A stretch of DNA of 64,000 nt from Fibrobacteria bacterium (lineage in GTDB: Bacteria > Fibrobacterota > Fibrobacteria > UBA11236 > JADFYW01). The position numbers and the translations under genes are program-made. Below the pieces are notes generated by a model. That model ran no database searches. It had not been told where the DNA came from and saw nothing but the letters and a program-made list of their open reading frames with translations. The stretch spans positions 463,425-527,424 of the forward strand of contig JBNKOC010000012.1 of assembly GCA_050294405.1 (NCBI GenBank). The letters are read 5' to 3'. Positions 19,970-30,912 of the stretch are shown in pieces (position 1 is the first letter of the stretch; each line of letters opens with the position of its first letter).

Positions 19970-20773
19970 ATGAATATTCGCTTTCTAATAGTATCTGCCT
20001 TGTTACCCTTCATTGTTTGGGGAAGTGGACTTCAGGAAAGTCCCAGGTTTGTGCAGTTTCCCTCTATGGATGGGGTTACCATAAGTGCGGATTACTATTC
20101 AATTTCTAACGATTCCTCCATGCCTTTAGCCATAATGTTTCATCAGGCAGGTTATTCCCGGGGGGAATATAAAAGTTCTGTGGGTTTATTTTTAAACAAA
20201 GGCTTTAATGCCCTGGTGGTAGACCTAAGATCAGGGAAAATGGTAAATGGAGTAGTCAACGAAACGCAAAAAGTAGCTTTACAAGCTGGAAAATCAACTC
20301 GCTATATTGATGCGCTTCAGGATATTGAAGCCTCCCTCATTTACGGGAGAAAAATATCCAGGGGCAAATTAATTACAGTGGGTAGTTCTTACTCTGCCGG
20401 ATTATTAATCCATATAGCCGGAAGTATTCCCGGGGTTATGGATGGGTTGTTGCTTTTTTCTCCAGGTGAATATTTTTTCAATCAAGGCAAAGCTTCTAAC
20501 TGGGTTCAAAGTTCGGCAGCTAACATAAATATTCCGGTATTCGTTACCTCAAGCAAGCAGGAAACCTATTCCTGGCAAGATATTTTTGAAGCTATTCCCA
20601 GTTCAAAAAAATTATCCTTTGTTCCCAAATCCTCGGGCCAACATGGGGCACGAGTATTATGGAATGATTCGCCCTATCGGGATGAGTATTGGGCCACCAT
20701 AAGCCCTTTCTTGTCTCAATTTATGCAAGACGAGTCTCCTCCTGACCCTTCAGGAAGTATTAGCGTTAAATAA
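19970..20773 (+). CDS. secreted alpha/beta-hydrolase-fold protein (dienelactone-hydrolase-like)
   Basis: Signal peptide. Candidate nucleophile elbow ITVGSSYSAGL. Length and predicted beta-alpha alternation fit small alpha/beta hydrolases. Weak call. Confidence 0.4.
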   Translation: MNIRFLIVSALLPFIVWGSGLQESPRFVQFPSMDGVTISADYYSISNDSSMPLAIMFHQAGYSRGEYKSSVGLFLNKGFNALVVDLRSGKMVNGVVNETQKVALQAGKSTRYIDALQDIEASLIYGRKISRGKLITVGSSYSAGLLIHIAGSIPGVMDGLLLFSPGEYFFNQGKASNWVQSSAANINIPVFVTSSKQETYSWQDIFEAIPSSKKLSFVPKSSGQHGARVLWNDSPYRDEYWATISPFLSQFMQDESPPDPSGSISVK

Positions 20774-20942
20774 AATACTTTAGGGATTGATATTCCATAT
20801 ATTGACAAAACAAGTCAATTAATCACAATTTAAAACTTTCCGCATTGCTTTTTAGGCAAAAAATCGGGTTATTACCAGGCATGATTATTGATTATCCAGA
20901 AGTATTGGCTTTTGGATACAACACGAACCTGAGAGGAAATTC

Positions 20943-21902
20943 ATGAATTTAATTAGAAAAATTTTAATTACTGCTTTACTGGCTGGTGGAACTCTTTTAC
21001 AAGCGGGACCTTTAAAAATTGGATACTCAGATTGGCCTGGATGGGTGGCTTGGGATATCGCTGTTCAGAAAGGTTGGTTCAAAGAGGCCGGGGTTGATGT
21101 AGAATTCATTTGGTTTGAGTATGTTCCTTCAATGGACGCTTTTGCTGCTGGAAAAGTAGATGCGGTAGCCATGACAAACGGTGATGCCTTGGTTACAGGT
21201 TCCACTGGAGCTCCGAGCGTGGCTATTTTAATTAACGATTACTCAAACGGAAATGACATGGTGGTAGCAAAGCCAGGTATAAAAAATGTAAAAGCTTTAA
21301 AAGGCAAAAAAATTGGAGTTGAGGTTGGGTTTGTTTCTCATCTATTATTACTCAATGCGCTTCAGGCAGGCGGTTTAAAAGAAAGCGATGTAACATTGGT
21401 TAATATGCCAACAGATCAAACTCCACAGGCTTTGGGTAGTGGCAGTGTAGATGCGATAGTGGCATGGCAGCCAAATTCTGGCCAAGCTTTAAAGGCTCTA
21501 CCTGGTTCTAAACCTATTTTCTCTTCCGCAAATGTTCCTGGAGTCATTTACGATGTATTGGCAGTTAATCCAAAATCATTAGCTGAGAAAAAAGCAGAAT
21601 GGAAAAAGGTTGTTTCTGTATGGTTTAAAATTGCAGATTTTTTGAAAGATGATAAAAACAAAGCAGAAGCATTAAAAATCATGTCTGCGAGAGTAGGCTT
21701 AACTCCTGCTGAATATGAGCCTCTGCTCAAGGGAACTTATTTTCTTGGGAAAAAAGGTAACGAAAAGTCTTTCAAAAAAGGTTCGGACTTATCTTCCATT
21801 TATCACAGCAATAAAGTTGTTGATGAATTCAATGTAAAATATGAAGTGTACAAAGCTCCTCTGAAAACAGAAGACTATTTGAATCCTGAATTAATCAAGT
21901 AA
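20943..21902 (+). CDS. ABC transporter substrate-binding protein, NitT/TauT (NMT1-like) family; urea-carboxylase-locus associated
   Basis: Signal peptide ([14 protein letters not shown]). NMT1/SsuA-like periplasmic binding fold. First gene of a co-directional operon ending in urea carboxylase and allophanate hydrolase. Confidence 0.7.
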   Translation: MNLIRKILITALLAGGTLLQAGPLKIGYSDWPGWVAWDIAVQKGWFKEAGVDVEFIWFEYVPSMDAFAAGKVDAVAMTNGDALVTGSTGAPSVAILINDYSNGNDMVVAKPGIKNVKALKGKKIGVEVGFVSHLLLLNALQAGGLKESDVTLVNMPTDQTPQALGSGSVDAIVAWQPNSGQALKALPGSKPIFSSANVPGVIYDVLAVNPKSLAEKKAEWKKVVSVWFKIADFLKDDKNKAEALKIMSARVGLTPAEYEPLLKGTYFLGKKGNEKSFKKGSDLSSIYHSNKVVDEFNVKYEVYKAPLKTEDYLNPELIK

Positions 21903-21936
21903 TTGATTAATCAAATTTAACTAAGGATGCTGTAAA

Positions 21937-22974
21937 ATGAATAGCTGGTTTGCGGTTCGAAAGCCGCTTTCAAAAACTCGCTCCGCTGGCTTGGCTATTC
22001 TATCTTTTATCCTTCCTTTGCTAATATGGTCAGCCTTCAGTTACTTTGAATTCCTATGGCATCCCTACATGGAGGTTACCAATGTGGGTGACAGCAATGT
22101 TGAGGGTGATTACGATTATATCACTCAGGGTATGTTAGTGGAAAAAAAAGTTTTCCAAGAACGTAATAAAACGCTTTTAGCAGCCGGGGCGCCTTCAGTT
22201 CAAGGGATAGCGCGAAATCCAATATACTTTCCCGCGCCCCATGAAGTTTTTAAAGCTTTTTATTATGCCTTTAAAACAGAACCTCAACGTACGGGAGATC
22301 AATGGCTTCACTCTAGTCTATTACATAGTTTTCGGATTATTTTCCTGGGCTTTTTTTGGTCCGCCATTTTTGGGATACCCGTAGGGATATTATGTGGCAC
22401 ATTCTCTTTTTTTTCAAAGTTAATAGAGCCCTTTGTGGATTTTGTTCGTTACATGCCGGCTCCTGTGTTCGGGGCCTTGGCTGTTTCCATCCTTGGGTTA
22501 GATGATGGTCCGAAAATTACCATTATATTTATAGGCACATTTTTTCAAATGGTTTTGGTTGTGGCAACAACAACATCAAAATTGGATGCCTCTTTATTAG
22601 AAGCCGGGCAAACTCTTGGAGCCCGAAATAAAGACCTAGTATTAAAAGTGGTTATACCAGGGATTTTGCCCAATTTATATCGCGACATAAGAATTCTTAT
22701 CGGATGGGCATGGACCTATTTGGTCGTGGCTGAATTGGTGGGTGCGAAATCCGGTATTTCAGCCTTTTTATATCAATCGCAGCGCTATAAGCAATTTGAT
22801 AATGTTTATGCCTCGATATTAATGATTGGAATTGTTGGGCTTATAACAGACCAAGTGTTAGCTTTTTTTGGCCGGAGGCTTTTCCCATGGGAAAGTGGCA
22901 AGCCTGCACTTTTCTCCAGGTCCATTAAAGCCATTCGTAAATTTGCGGACCCTGCAACAGTATGGGTGAAATAA
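21937..22974 (+). CDS. ABC transporter permease, NitT/TauT family
   Basis: 6 TM helices. BPD_transp_1-type EAA-like loop region ([22 protein letters not shown]). Confidence 0.75.
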   Translation: MNSWFAVRKPLSKTRSAGLAILSFILPLLIWSAFSYFEFLWHPYMEVTNVGDSNVEGDYDYITQGMLVEKKVFQERNKTLLAAGAPSVQGIARNPIYFPAPHEVFKAFYYAFKTEPQRTGDQWLHSSLLHSFRIIFLGFFWSAIFGIPVGILCGTFSFFSKLIEPFVDFVRYMPAPVFGALAVSILGLDDGPKITIIFIGTFFQMVLVVATTTSKLDASLLEAGQTLGARNKDLVLKVVIPGILPNLYRDIRILIGWAWTYLVVAELVGAKSGISAFLYQSQRYKQFDNVYASILMIGIVGLITDQVLAFFGRRLFPWESGKPALFSRSIKAIRKFADPATVWVK

Positions 22975-23879
22975 TGAATAGCTTACATGGAATAAATTTA
23001 CCTGATTATAAAATTCTTCCAGCTGATGTTGAATCCAGGTTTGAAAAAATTTTTCAACGCCCTAAACAACTGGAAGTGAAAAGTATTCACAAATCATTTG
23101 ATTCTAAAAATGGAAAGGTAAAAGCACTGGATAATATTTCCTTTGATGTGCATCGCAGAGAATTTGTTTGTGTGATAGGCCCCTCTGGATGCGGAAAATC
23201 CACCCTTATCCGTGTTTTGGCAGGCCTGGAACAACCTACAGAAGGAAAAGTTGTAGTAGGTGGTCAAGAAATTAAAGGACCAGGCAGCGATAGGGGAATG
23301 GTTTTCCAGGGTTATACCTTATTTCCCTGGCTAACTGTAAAGGGTAATGTTATGTTTGGTCCAAAAATCAAGGGGCGGGGAGGGGCGTCTCTGGATTCAG
23401 AAGCATTGCAGCTACTGGAAATGGTTGGTCTGGAAAAATTTGCCAACAGTTATCCTCATGAGTTATCTGGAGGCATGAAGCAAAGGGTCGCTATTGCCAG
23501 GGCATTGGCCAACTATCCAAAGGTCCTTTTAATGGATGAGCCTTTTGGTGCATTGGATGCGCAAACACGATCTCATATGCAAATGCATTTAATGGAAATA
23601 TGGAAAAATGTTGATGTTACTATTTTGTTTATTACTCATGATTTGGATGAAGCCATTTTGCTTGCTGATAGAATAATAGTATTATCTGCTAACCCTGGTC
23701 GGGTGGCGGAAATAATTAAGGTGCCTATCATGCAACCCCGTAGCTCAGATGTTTTATTGAGTCCCGAATTTTTGGCCACTAAAAAAAGGTTAGACGAATG
23801 GATCCATCCAGGAGGCCATAAGGCAAAATTCGAAGTGCCAATAATGCGTATGACAAATATAGGGGATGATGTATATTGA
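22962..23879 (+). CDS. ABC transporter ATP-binding protein, NitT/TauT family
   Basis: Walker [10 protein letters not shown]. Signature [15 protein letters not shown]. Walker [13 protein letters not shown]-loop ITHD. Confidence 0.85.
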   Translation: MGEIMNSLHGINLPDYKILPADVESRFEKIFQRPKQLEVKSIHKSFDSKNGKVKALDNISFDVHRREFVCVIGPSGCGKSTLIRVLAGLEQPTEGKVVVGGQEIKGPGSDRGMVFQGYTLFPWLTVKGNVMFGPKIKGRGGASLDSEALQLLEMVGLEKFANSYPHELSGGMKQRVAIARALANYPKVLLMDEPFGALDAQTRSHMQMHLMEIWKNVDVTILFITHDLDEAILLADRIIVLSANPGRVAEIIKVPIMQPRSSDVLLSPEFLATKKRLDEWIHPGGHKAKFEVPIMRMTNIGDDVY

Positions 23880-23895
23880 ATTGTTATAAATAGGA

Positions 23896-24627
23896 ATGGG
23901 AATGACAGATATAATTTTAAGTGAAAGACTAAAACCAAATCAAACCTGGAGTTGGGTAGTAGAAAAAGGACTGAGTCTTCGGGTTACAGATGTTTCTGGA
24001 GATGGCAACCTTTCTATGTTGGTGTTTAACAACGATAATGTGTTGGAAAAATACAATATGCCCGATACTTTAAAGGCTCAGCACACGGCTCATTTAACTA
24101 AAGGCCATTGCATTTACAGTGATATGGGCCGTGTCTTGTTTTCAATTACAGAAGATTCTGTAGGATGGCACGATACAATTTGCGGGGTTTTAAATAATGC
24201 GCAAACGGAAAAAAAATACGGGCCAAGCTCCTATCAGGAACTCCGCAACGACTACCATAGAAGTGGTCGCCAAAATTTGTTGGTTGAAATGGGAAAGAAT
24301 GGCCTTAATAAAAAAGATTTTGGCCCATGCTTAAATTTGTTTAGCAAAGTTTGGGTAGATGAAAAAGGTGGGATGAATTTCTCCGAGCACAATTCAAAAG
24401 CAGGGTCCCAAATTATCCTCAAAGCAGAAATGAATTGTCTTATGGTGGTTTCCAACACGCCTCACCCTCTAAACCCATCCCAAAAATGGGAAGCAGGCGA
24501 AATAATATTGGAAATTTTTAAATCTGAAAATGAGCTAGACAGTGAAATTTGCAGAACCCATTGTCCTGAAAATGAGAGGGGCTTTTTAAATAATCAAAGG
24601 TACTTCAGCACAAAGGTTCAACTATGA
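23896..24627 (+). CDS. urea carboxylase-associated protein, DUF1989 family, first paralogue
   Basis: ~240-aa protein immediately upstream of urea carboxylase. Position and size match the conserved pair of DUF1989 genes found in urea amidolyase loci. Call made from established synteny and sequence-family resemblance. Confidence 0.55.
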   Translation: MGMTDIILSERLKPNQTWSWVVEKGLSLRVTDVSGDGNLSMLVFNNDNVLEKYNMPDTLKAQHTAHLTKGHCIYSDMGRVLFSITEDSVGWHDTICGVLNNAQTEKKYGPSSYQELRNDYHRSGRQNLLVEMGKNGLNKKDFGPCLNLFSKVWVDEKGGMNFSEHNSKAGSQIILKAEMNCLMVVSNTPHPLNPSQKWEAGEIILEIFKSENELDSEICRTHCPENERGFLNNQRYFSTKVQL

Positions 24628-25283
24628 CAACATTGAATTACATGGAAAGTTCATTAGAAGAAAAAAACGCAATTTATAACGAAATCGTTCCAGCCGGGGA
24701 AGGTTGGAAACATATTGTAAAAAAAGGGCAGGTAATAAGAATTGTGGATTTAGAAGGTAACCAGGCCGCAGATACCTTGTTTTATAATGCACACGACCCC
24801 TCCGAACGTTATAGTTCTGTAGATACTATCAGGGAACAAAAAAATATTTACCTTACCACCGGGACCCAGCTAGTCAGCAGCGAGGGAAATCCTATGCTAA
24901 CTATAGTAGCGGATACCTGCGGAAGACATGATACATTAGGAGGAGCCTGCGCGGCTGAGTCGAATACGGTTCGATATTCACTGGATAAAAAACATATGCA
25001 CGCCTGCCGGGATAGTTTTTTGTGGGTGATCATGAATTGGCAGGATGGACTAGGGAAAAGGGATATAACCAGTAATATTAATTTTTTTATGAATGTTCCT
25101 GTGACCCCAGAGGGAGGATTAACATTTGAAGACGGAGTTTCAAACCCGCTCAAATATGTGGAACTCAGGGCGGAAATGGATGTGATGGCAGTGGTTTCAA
25201 ACTGCCCTCAATTAAATAATCCATGTAATGCATACAATCCAACTCCTGTAAAAATGGTTATTTGGGATTCAATTTCCGTATGA
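24624..25283 (+). CDS. urea carboxylase-associated protein, DUF1989 family, second paralogue
   Basis: Paralogous to the previous gene and overlaps its stop by 4 nt. Shared motifs (...[15 protein letters not shown] / ...[14 protein letters not shown]). Confidence 0.55.
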   Translation: MTTLNYMESSLEEKNAIYNEIVPAGEGWKHIVKKGQVIRIVDLEGNQAADTLFYNAHDPSERYSSVDTIREQKNIYLTTGTQLVSSEGNPMLTIVADTCGRHDTLGGACAAESNTVRYSLDKKHMHACRDSFLWVIMNWQDGLGKRDITSNINFFMNVPVTPEGGLTFEDGVSNPLKYVELRAEMDVMAVVSNCPQLNNPCNAYNPTPVKMVIWDSISV

Positions 25284-25291
25284 GTTTATAA

Positions 25292-28200
25292 ATGGACAAA
25301 TTATTTTCAAAAGTTTTAATAGCAAATAGAGGAGAAATCGCCTGCCGCATAATAAAAACCCTTAAAAAGATGGGAATAAAAAGCGCAGTCGTTTATAGTG
25401 ATGCAGACAGGAATTCTCTTCCAACCCAACTAGCTGACGAAGCGATACATATCGGAAATTCTCCCAGCCATGAAAGTTATTTGGATTTTAACAAAATTAT
25501 TTCTGTGGCTAAGAGCATATCTGCAGAGGCGATTCACCCAGGATATGGCTTTTTAAGTGAAAATGTTGAGTTCGCTAAAGCCTGTGAAATAAATGAAATA
25601 TGCTTTATCGGCCCTACTCCCAGCCAGCTTAAAGATTTTGGTCTCAAACATGTATCAAAGGAAATTGCCAAAAAAGCCAACGTTCCTTTAATTCCCGGGA
25701 CAGGGATATTGACTGAACTTTCGGAGGCTATTGAGTCTGCTGATTTCATTGGTTATCCGGTTATGCTGAAAAGTAGTGCGGGAGGTGGTGGAATAGGCAT
25801 GCGGTTATGCCATAACAACTTTGAATTGGAAGAAAGCTGGGAAAAGGTCTTGCATTTGAGTAAAACCCACTTTGGAAGCGCAGAAGTGTTTCTTGAAAAA
25901 TACATCGAAAAAGGAAGGCATATAGAAGTTCAGATTTTTGGCGACGGAAACGGAAAAATAATAACATTAGGAACCAGAGATTGCAGCGTCCAAAGGAGAA
26001 ATCAAAAGGTTATAGAAGAGGCTCCTGCGCCAAATCTGGATGTGGATATTGAAAAAAATATTGTTGCCTCGGCTCAAAGCCTAGCAGAATTTGTGAAATA
26101 CAAATCTGCCGGAACAGTTGAATTTATTTATGATATTACTAGTAGCCGACATTATTTTTTAGAAGTAAATACCCGTCTGCAGGTGGAACATGGGGTAACT
26201 GAAGAAGTCTATTCCGTAGATCTGGTAGAGTGGATGGTGCGCCAGGCAGCTGGCCCAAATTTTTTAAACAGCCAAAAGATTCCTGAACCTGATGGGCATG
26301 CAATGGAGTTCAGATGGTACGCGGAAAACCCTCTTAAAAATTTTATGCCTTGTGCGGGAAAAATCACGCGGCTTAAAATTCCCGAAGAAATACGTTGCGA
26401 TAGCTGGGTGCAGGAAGGGCAAGAGGTGAGCACTTTTTATGATCCGCTCCTCGCTAAGTTAATCTCCAAAGGAAAAAACCGACAAGAAGCAATTTTACGT
26501 TTAAAATCCGCATTGGAAAAAAGCGAACTTCAAGGACTGTATTCAAACAAGGAATATGTAAGTAGTATATTATCTCACCCGGATTTTATAGAAGCAAATG
26601 TGCACACCCAATGGGCAAACACCCATCATTGGAAAAGTAATGTTATTGAGGTATTGGAGGGCGGAGCGCAAACTACGATTCAAGATTTTCCAGGTCGATT
26701 AGGATATTGGGAAGTTGGAGTGCCTCCTTCGGGGCCCATGGATAATCTGGCCTTTCAATTAGGTAATAGCTTGCTGAAAAATAACTCTGATGCCGCTGGA
26801 TTGGAAATTACCCTTAAGGGCCCATCTCTAAAATTACATTCGAGTTGCGAATTTTGTCTTACCGGGTCCCAGCTTAATGCCTTTTTAGAAAAAGCAGATG
26901 GAACAAAATTGGAATTACAAATGTATACCAGCTATCATGCGAATTCCGGAGATATTTTAAATTCAGGGTCTGTTATTGGACCGGGGATGCGTGCTTACAT
27001 TTTATTTAAAAATGGGCTGAATGTTTTTCCTTTCCTGGGGTCCTGTTCCACTTTTACTCTTGGCCAGTTTGGCGGGCTGGATGGAAAAATTTTAAAGCCC
27101 GGGGATATGTTGCCTATAATTCCTACAAAGGAACATAAAACATTTGTTTCAGAATCGATGCCCAAAAATCTGCAACCTGAAATAACCAACGATTGGAAAA
27201 TTGGTTGCATGATAGGGCCTCATTCCACTTCTGAATTCTTTTTGCAGGAGGATATTCAGAAAATATTAGAGGCTAAATGGAAAGTCCATTTTAATTCCAA
27301 CCGAACAGGTATTCGTCTCATTGGTCCCAAACCCACTTGGGCAAGAAAAGACGGCGGCGAAGCGGGGTTGCACCCTTCCAATATACATGATAACGCCTAT
27401 GCTATCGGAACTATGGATTTTACCGGCGATATGCCGGTTCTGTTAGGCCCGGACGGCCCTAGTTTGGGTGGCTTTGTTTGCCCCTTAACTTGCATTCAAT
27501 CGGAAGTTTGGAAGTTGGGCCAGTTAAAGCCAGGAGATAGCGTCCAATTTTACCTGGTTGGGGGGGCAGAAGCTAACTCCCAATTAAAAAGTCAAAACGC
27601 ATATATAACGAACTTCTTAAATAATCTACCATCAGCTATTTCTCTGTATAAGCCCGAAAACACGCTTCCAAGTCCCATTTTAAAGGAGTATGTTAATAAA
27701 GATGGATTGCCCATAACAATCCGTCAAGCTGGAGATAGCTACATGCTTTTGGAAATTGGTGAGCTCCATTTGGATTTGGAATATAGGTTTAGAATTCAAT
27801 GGATATGGAACGAATTGAAAAACAGGAGCATTGAGGGAATAACAGATTTGACTCCGGGTATTAGAAGTTTACAGATACATTACGATTCCTTTTTACTGCC
27901 ACAGGAAAAAATCGTGGCCATTATTTCTGAATTGGAAACCAACACGCCTCCTGTAGAAGATATGACGGTTGAATCAAGGGTTGTGCACTTGCCCCTTTCC
28001 TGGAATGATGAAGCTATACACAAAATAATTGATAAATACATTAAAACAGTGAGAAGTGATGCGCCCTGGTGCCCGGATAATATTGAGTTTATCCGAAGGG
28101 TAAATGGAATGCCCGATGTTGAATCAGTTAAAAATGCGATTTTCGATGCGTCTTATTTGGTTATGGGGTTGGGTGATGTTTATTTGGGTGCGCCAGTAGC

Positions 28201-28927
28201 CACCCCTTTGGATCCCCGGCACCGCTTTGTCACCACAAAATATAACCCTGCCAGAACCTGGACTTTGGAAAATGTAGTCGGAATTGGCGGCGCTTATATG
28301 TGCATATATGGAATGGAAGGCCCTGGAGGCTATCAGTTATTTGGCCGAACTTGCCAGGTTTGGAATAGCTATTGCCAAACAGATAGTTTTAAAGATGGAT
28401 TGCCCTGGTTGCTAAGGCTGTTTGATCAAATACGCTTCTATCCCGTAAGTGAAAATGAATTGCAGGAGTTTAGAAAAGATTTTTTATCAGGAAAAATTAA
28501 TGTTCAAATTGAAAAGACTAAGCTCAATTTAGGGGAGTATAAACAATTTTTAAACAGAGAGCAGGAATCCATTCAGGAATTTCAAACTTCCCAGAGAAAA
28601 GCCTTTCAGGAGGAAAGGGAGCAATGGGAAAAGGCTGGGTTGATGAAGTTATCCGAAGAGATATCCGATACCCAGATGTCTGAATTGGGAAGTGAATTGG
28701 GAGAAGGGCAAAAAGCGGTTTCATCAAATATGCCGGGAAATATTTGGAAAATCCTCGTTGAGGAGGGAAAACAAATTGAGGAAAATGAAACTGTCATGAT
28801 ATTAGAAAGTATGAAAATGGAGTTTCCAATTAAGTCTGAATATAGCGGCGTAATAAAAAGGATATTTGCCGAAGAAGGCCAGATTATTGAAGCTGGACAG
28901 ATGTTATGTGTACTTGAAGAAAAATAA
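25292..28927 (+). CDS. urea carboxylase (biotin carboxylase + carboxyltransferase/allophanate-hydrolase-subunit-like + biotinyl carrier domains)
   Basis: 1211 aa. N-terminal biotin carboxylase (KVLIANRGEIACRIIKT; ATP-grasp GGGGIGMR). Central AHS1/AHS2-like domains. C-terminal biotinyl domain with the E(S/A)MKME attachment motif (ILESMKMEFPI). Confidence 0.9.
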   Translation: MDKLFSKVLIANRGEIACRIIKTLKKMGIKSAVVYSDADRNSLPTQLADEAIHIGNSPSHESYLDFNKIISVAKSISAEAIHPGYGFLSENVEFAKACEINEICFIGPTPSQLKDFGLKHVSKEIAKKANVPLIPGTGILTELSEAIESADFIGYPVMLKSSAGGGGIGMRLCHNNFELEESWEKVLHLSKTHFGSAEVFLEKYIEKGRHIEVQIFGDGNGKIITLGTRDCSVQRRNQKVIEEAPAPNLDVDIEKNIVASAQSLAEFVKYKSAGTVEFIYDITSSRHYFLEVNTRLQVEHGVTEEVYSVDLVEWMVRQAAGPNFLNSQKIPEPDGHAMEFRWYAENPLKNFMPCAGKITRLKIPEEIRCDSWVQEGQEVSTFYDPLLAKLISKGKNRQEAILRLKSALEKSELQGLYSNKEYVSSILSHPDFIEANVHTQWANTHHWKSNVIEVLEGGAQTTIQDFPGRLGYWEVGVPPSGPMDNLAFQLGNSLLKNNSDAAGLEITLKGPSLKLHSSCEFCLTGSQLNAFLEKADGTKLELQMYTSYHANSGDILNSGSVIGPGMRAYILFKNGLNVFPFLGSCSTFTLGQFGGLDGKILKPGDMLPIIPTKEHKTFVSESMPKNLQPEITNDWKIGCMIGPHSTSEFFLQEDIQKILEAKWKVHFNSNRTGIRLIGPKPTWARKDGGEAGLHPSNIHDNAYAIGTMDFTGDMPVLLGPDGPSLGGFVCPLTCIQSEVWKLGQLKPGDSVQFYLVGGAEANSQLKSQNAYITNFLNNLPSAISLYKPENTLPSPILKEYVNKDGLPITIRQAGDSYMLLEIGELHLDLEYRFRIQWIWNELKNRSIEGITDLTPGIRSLQIHYDSFLLPQEKIVAIISELETNTPPVEDMTVESRVVHLPLSWNDEAIHKIIDKYIKTVRSDAPWCPDNIEFIRRVNGMPDVESVKNAIFDASYLVMGLGDVYLGAPVATPLDPRHRFVTTKYNPARTWTLENVVGIGGAYMCIYGMEGPGGYQLFGRTCQVWNSYCQTDSFKDGLPWLLRLFDQIRFYPVSENELQEFRKDFLSGKINVQIEKTKLNLGEYKQFLNREQESIQEFQTSQRKAFQEEREQWEKAGLMKLSEEISDTQMSELGSELGEGQKAVSSNMPGNIWKILVEEGKQIEENETVMILESMKMEFPIKSEYSGVIKRIFAEEGQIIEAGQMLCVLEEK

Positions 28928-28938
28928 AGGAAACATGG

Positions 28939-30804
28939 ATGTATACCTATGATGATTTGACTCCTGTTCTTTCCTTAGCTGATTTAAAATCCTATTACCG
29001 TTTTAATGGGCGAATTGAGTACATATTAGACGGAATTCATAAGCGCTATAAAAAATTAGACGATCCCGCTATTTTTATTAAGTTACTCAGCAAAGAAGAA
29101 ACATTAAGGTTATTTAGCGAGTTCCATGGGCACAGGAGTAAAGAAGAACAAAAAAAGCTCCCCCTATACGGAGTTCCTTTTGCTGTTAAGGATAACATAG
29201 ATGTAAAAGGCATTCCTACCACGGCAGCTTGCCCCTCTTTTTCTTATATTCCCCAAAAACACGCCGTATCCGTGGAAAAATTACTTAAGGCTGGTGCATT
29301 GTTGGTAGGTAAAACCAACATGGACCAATTTGCCACAGGTTTAGTTGGTGTTCGCTCTCCCTTTGGCATACCTAAAAATCCTTTCAACCCTGAATATATT
29401 CCTGGCGGGTCAAGTTCAGGTTCGGCTGTAGCCGTTTCTAATGCAATTTGCTGTTTTAGCCTTGGCACAGATACCGCAGGATCCGGCAGGGTTCCGGCAA
29501 GTTTTAATAATATAATAGGGCTAAAACCACCTATTAAAATGGTTTCCAATCAAGGCGTGGTTCCTGCAGTTGCCTCCCTGGACTGTGTTAGCGTCTTTGG
29601 ATTATCTGTTTATGATGTATCTGAAGTTTTGAAAATCATTTCCGAACAAGATTTAGAAGACATTCTGGATCCTGAATACCAAAAGGGTTTTCATGAAGAT
29701 TTAGATTTTTTTAATAAAATCGAATTTATTAATCAGGGAGCTCAAAAATTTAGGTTAGGGGTTCCAGGGGATAAATACATTGAATCTTTGGAAGACCCGA
29801 AAAACAAAAAGAGCTACCAATTAGCCGTTAGGCGATTTGAAAGCCTGGGGTGGGAAATTGTTCCTCTGGACCTGACATTTTTAAATAACTGCGCCAAACA
29901 ACTTTATGAAGGCCCCTGGGTTGCGGAGCGATATAGTGCGGTTGGCGAATTTATTGAATCTAAACCGGATGGTTTGGATGCCACCGTTGAAAAAATAATT
30001 AAAGCGGCAGGCAGTATTAGAGCCCATGAATTTTCAAAGGCTATACATCAAAATTTTGAGGATCTAAAATACATGGATTCAGAGTGGAAAAAAATGGATG
30101 CCTTTATTTTGCCTACTACCCCTAGTATTTACAAAATTGAAGAAGTTAAAAAGAGACCTGTTGAGTTGAATAGTCAATTGGGAACTTTCACAAATTTTGC
30201 AAACTTACTCCAAACCTCGGCCATATCCCTACCTGCGGGACACCAGAGGGATGATATGCCAACTAGTATTACTTTGTTTACCCGTAAGACCCGTTTGAAC
30301 TGGATGTTGAAATGGGCCGATGATTTTTTTAAAAATGAAAAACTAATGTGTGGAAAGCAAAATCCGCTTAACTCCACCAATAGCCCAAATGTTTCCTCTC
30401 CTAAAAATGGGACCGTGCATCTGGCGGTGGTAGGGGCTCATTTAAAGGGTCAGCCATTACATTGGCAAATTGAAAAATGTAAAGGTAGATTTGTGGAAAC
30501 GGCCCAAACGGAAAGCTCCTATGAGTTGTTTGAAATAACCAATTCCATTCCTCCCAAGCCTGCTCTTCGTTATGTGGGACGAAATCATGGTAAATCCTAT
30601 TCCATAGAAATTTATTCTCTTCCTTATTTCGGTTTAGGCCAATTTATGGAATGGATTCCAGCTCCGTTGGGAATTGGGACTATTTTTCTGGAGTCCGGTG
30701 AATCGGTTAAAGGGTTTATTTGCGAACCGGTGGGTTTTGAGGATTCCAAGAATATTTCTAGGTACAAAGGATGGAAAGCTTATCTTCGGACAAAGAAAAG
30801 TTAA
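28939..30804 (+). CDS. allophanate hydrolase (amidase-signature family, AtzF-like)
   Basis: Amidase signature (GGSSSGSAVAVSNAICCFSLGTDTAGSGRVPA). Catalytic K in VPFAVKDNIDV. 621 aa with the C-terminal AtzF extension. Immediately downstream of urea carboxylase. Confidence 0.85.
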   Translation: MYTYDDLTPVLSLADLKSYYRFNGRIEYILDGIHKRYKKLDDPAIFIKLLSKEETLRLFSEFHGHRSKEEQKKLPLYGVPFAVKDNIDVKGIPTTAACPSFSYIPQKHAVSVEKLLKAGALLVGKTNMDQFATGLVGVRSPFGIPKNPFNPEYIPGGSSSGSAVAVSNAICCFSLGTDTAGSGRVPASFNNIIGLKPPIKMVSNQGVVPAVASLDCVSVFGLSVYDVSEVLKIISEQDLEDILDPEYQKGFHEDLDFFNKIEFINQGAQKFRLGVPGDKYIESLEDPKNKKSYQLAVRRFESLGWEIVPLDLTFLNNCAKQLYEGPWVAERYSAVGEFIESKPDGLDATVEKIIKAAGSIRAHEFSKAIHQNFEDLKYMDSEWKKMDAFILPTTPSIYKIEEVKKRPVELNSQLGTFTNFANLLQTSAISLPAGHQRDDMPTSITLFTRKTRLNWMLKWADDFFKNEKLMCGKQNPLNSTNSPNVSSPKNGTVHLAVVGAHLKGQPLHWQIEKCKGRFVETAQTESSYELFEITNSIPPKPALRYVGRNHGKSYSIEIYSLPYFGLGQFMEWIPAPLGIGTIFLESGESVKGFICEPVGFEDSKNISRYKGWKAYLRTKKS

Positions 30805-30912
30805 CCTCTCAATTGCTAGTGTAATTTGTGACAATTTCTTTCAAAATCTGACAGACAAATCGACATGCAGCTTATTTTTGGCAAAAAAATAGGATTGAAA
30901 ATGGCTTAAATT

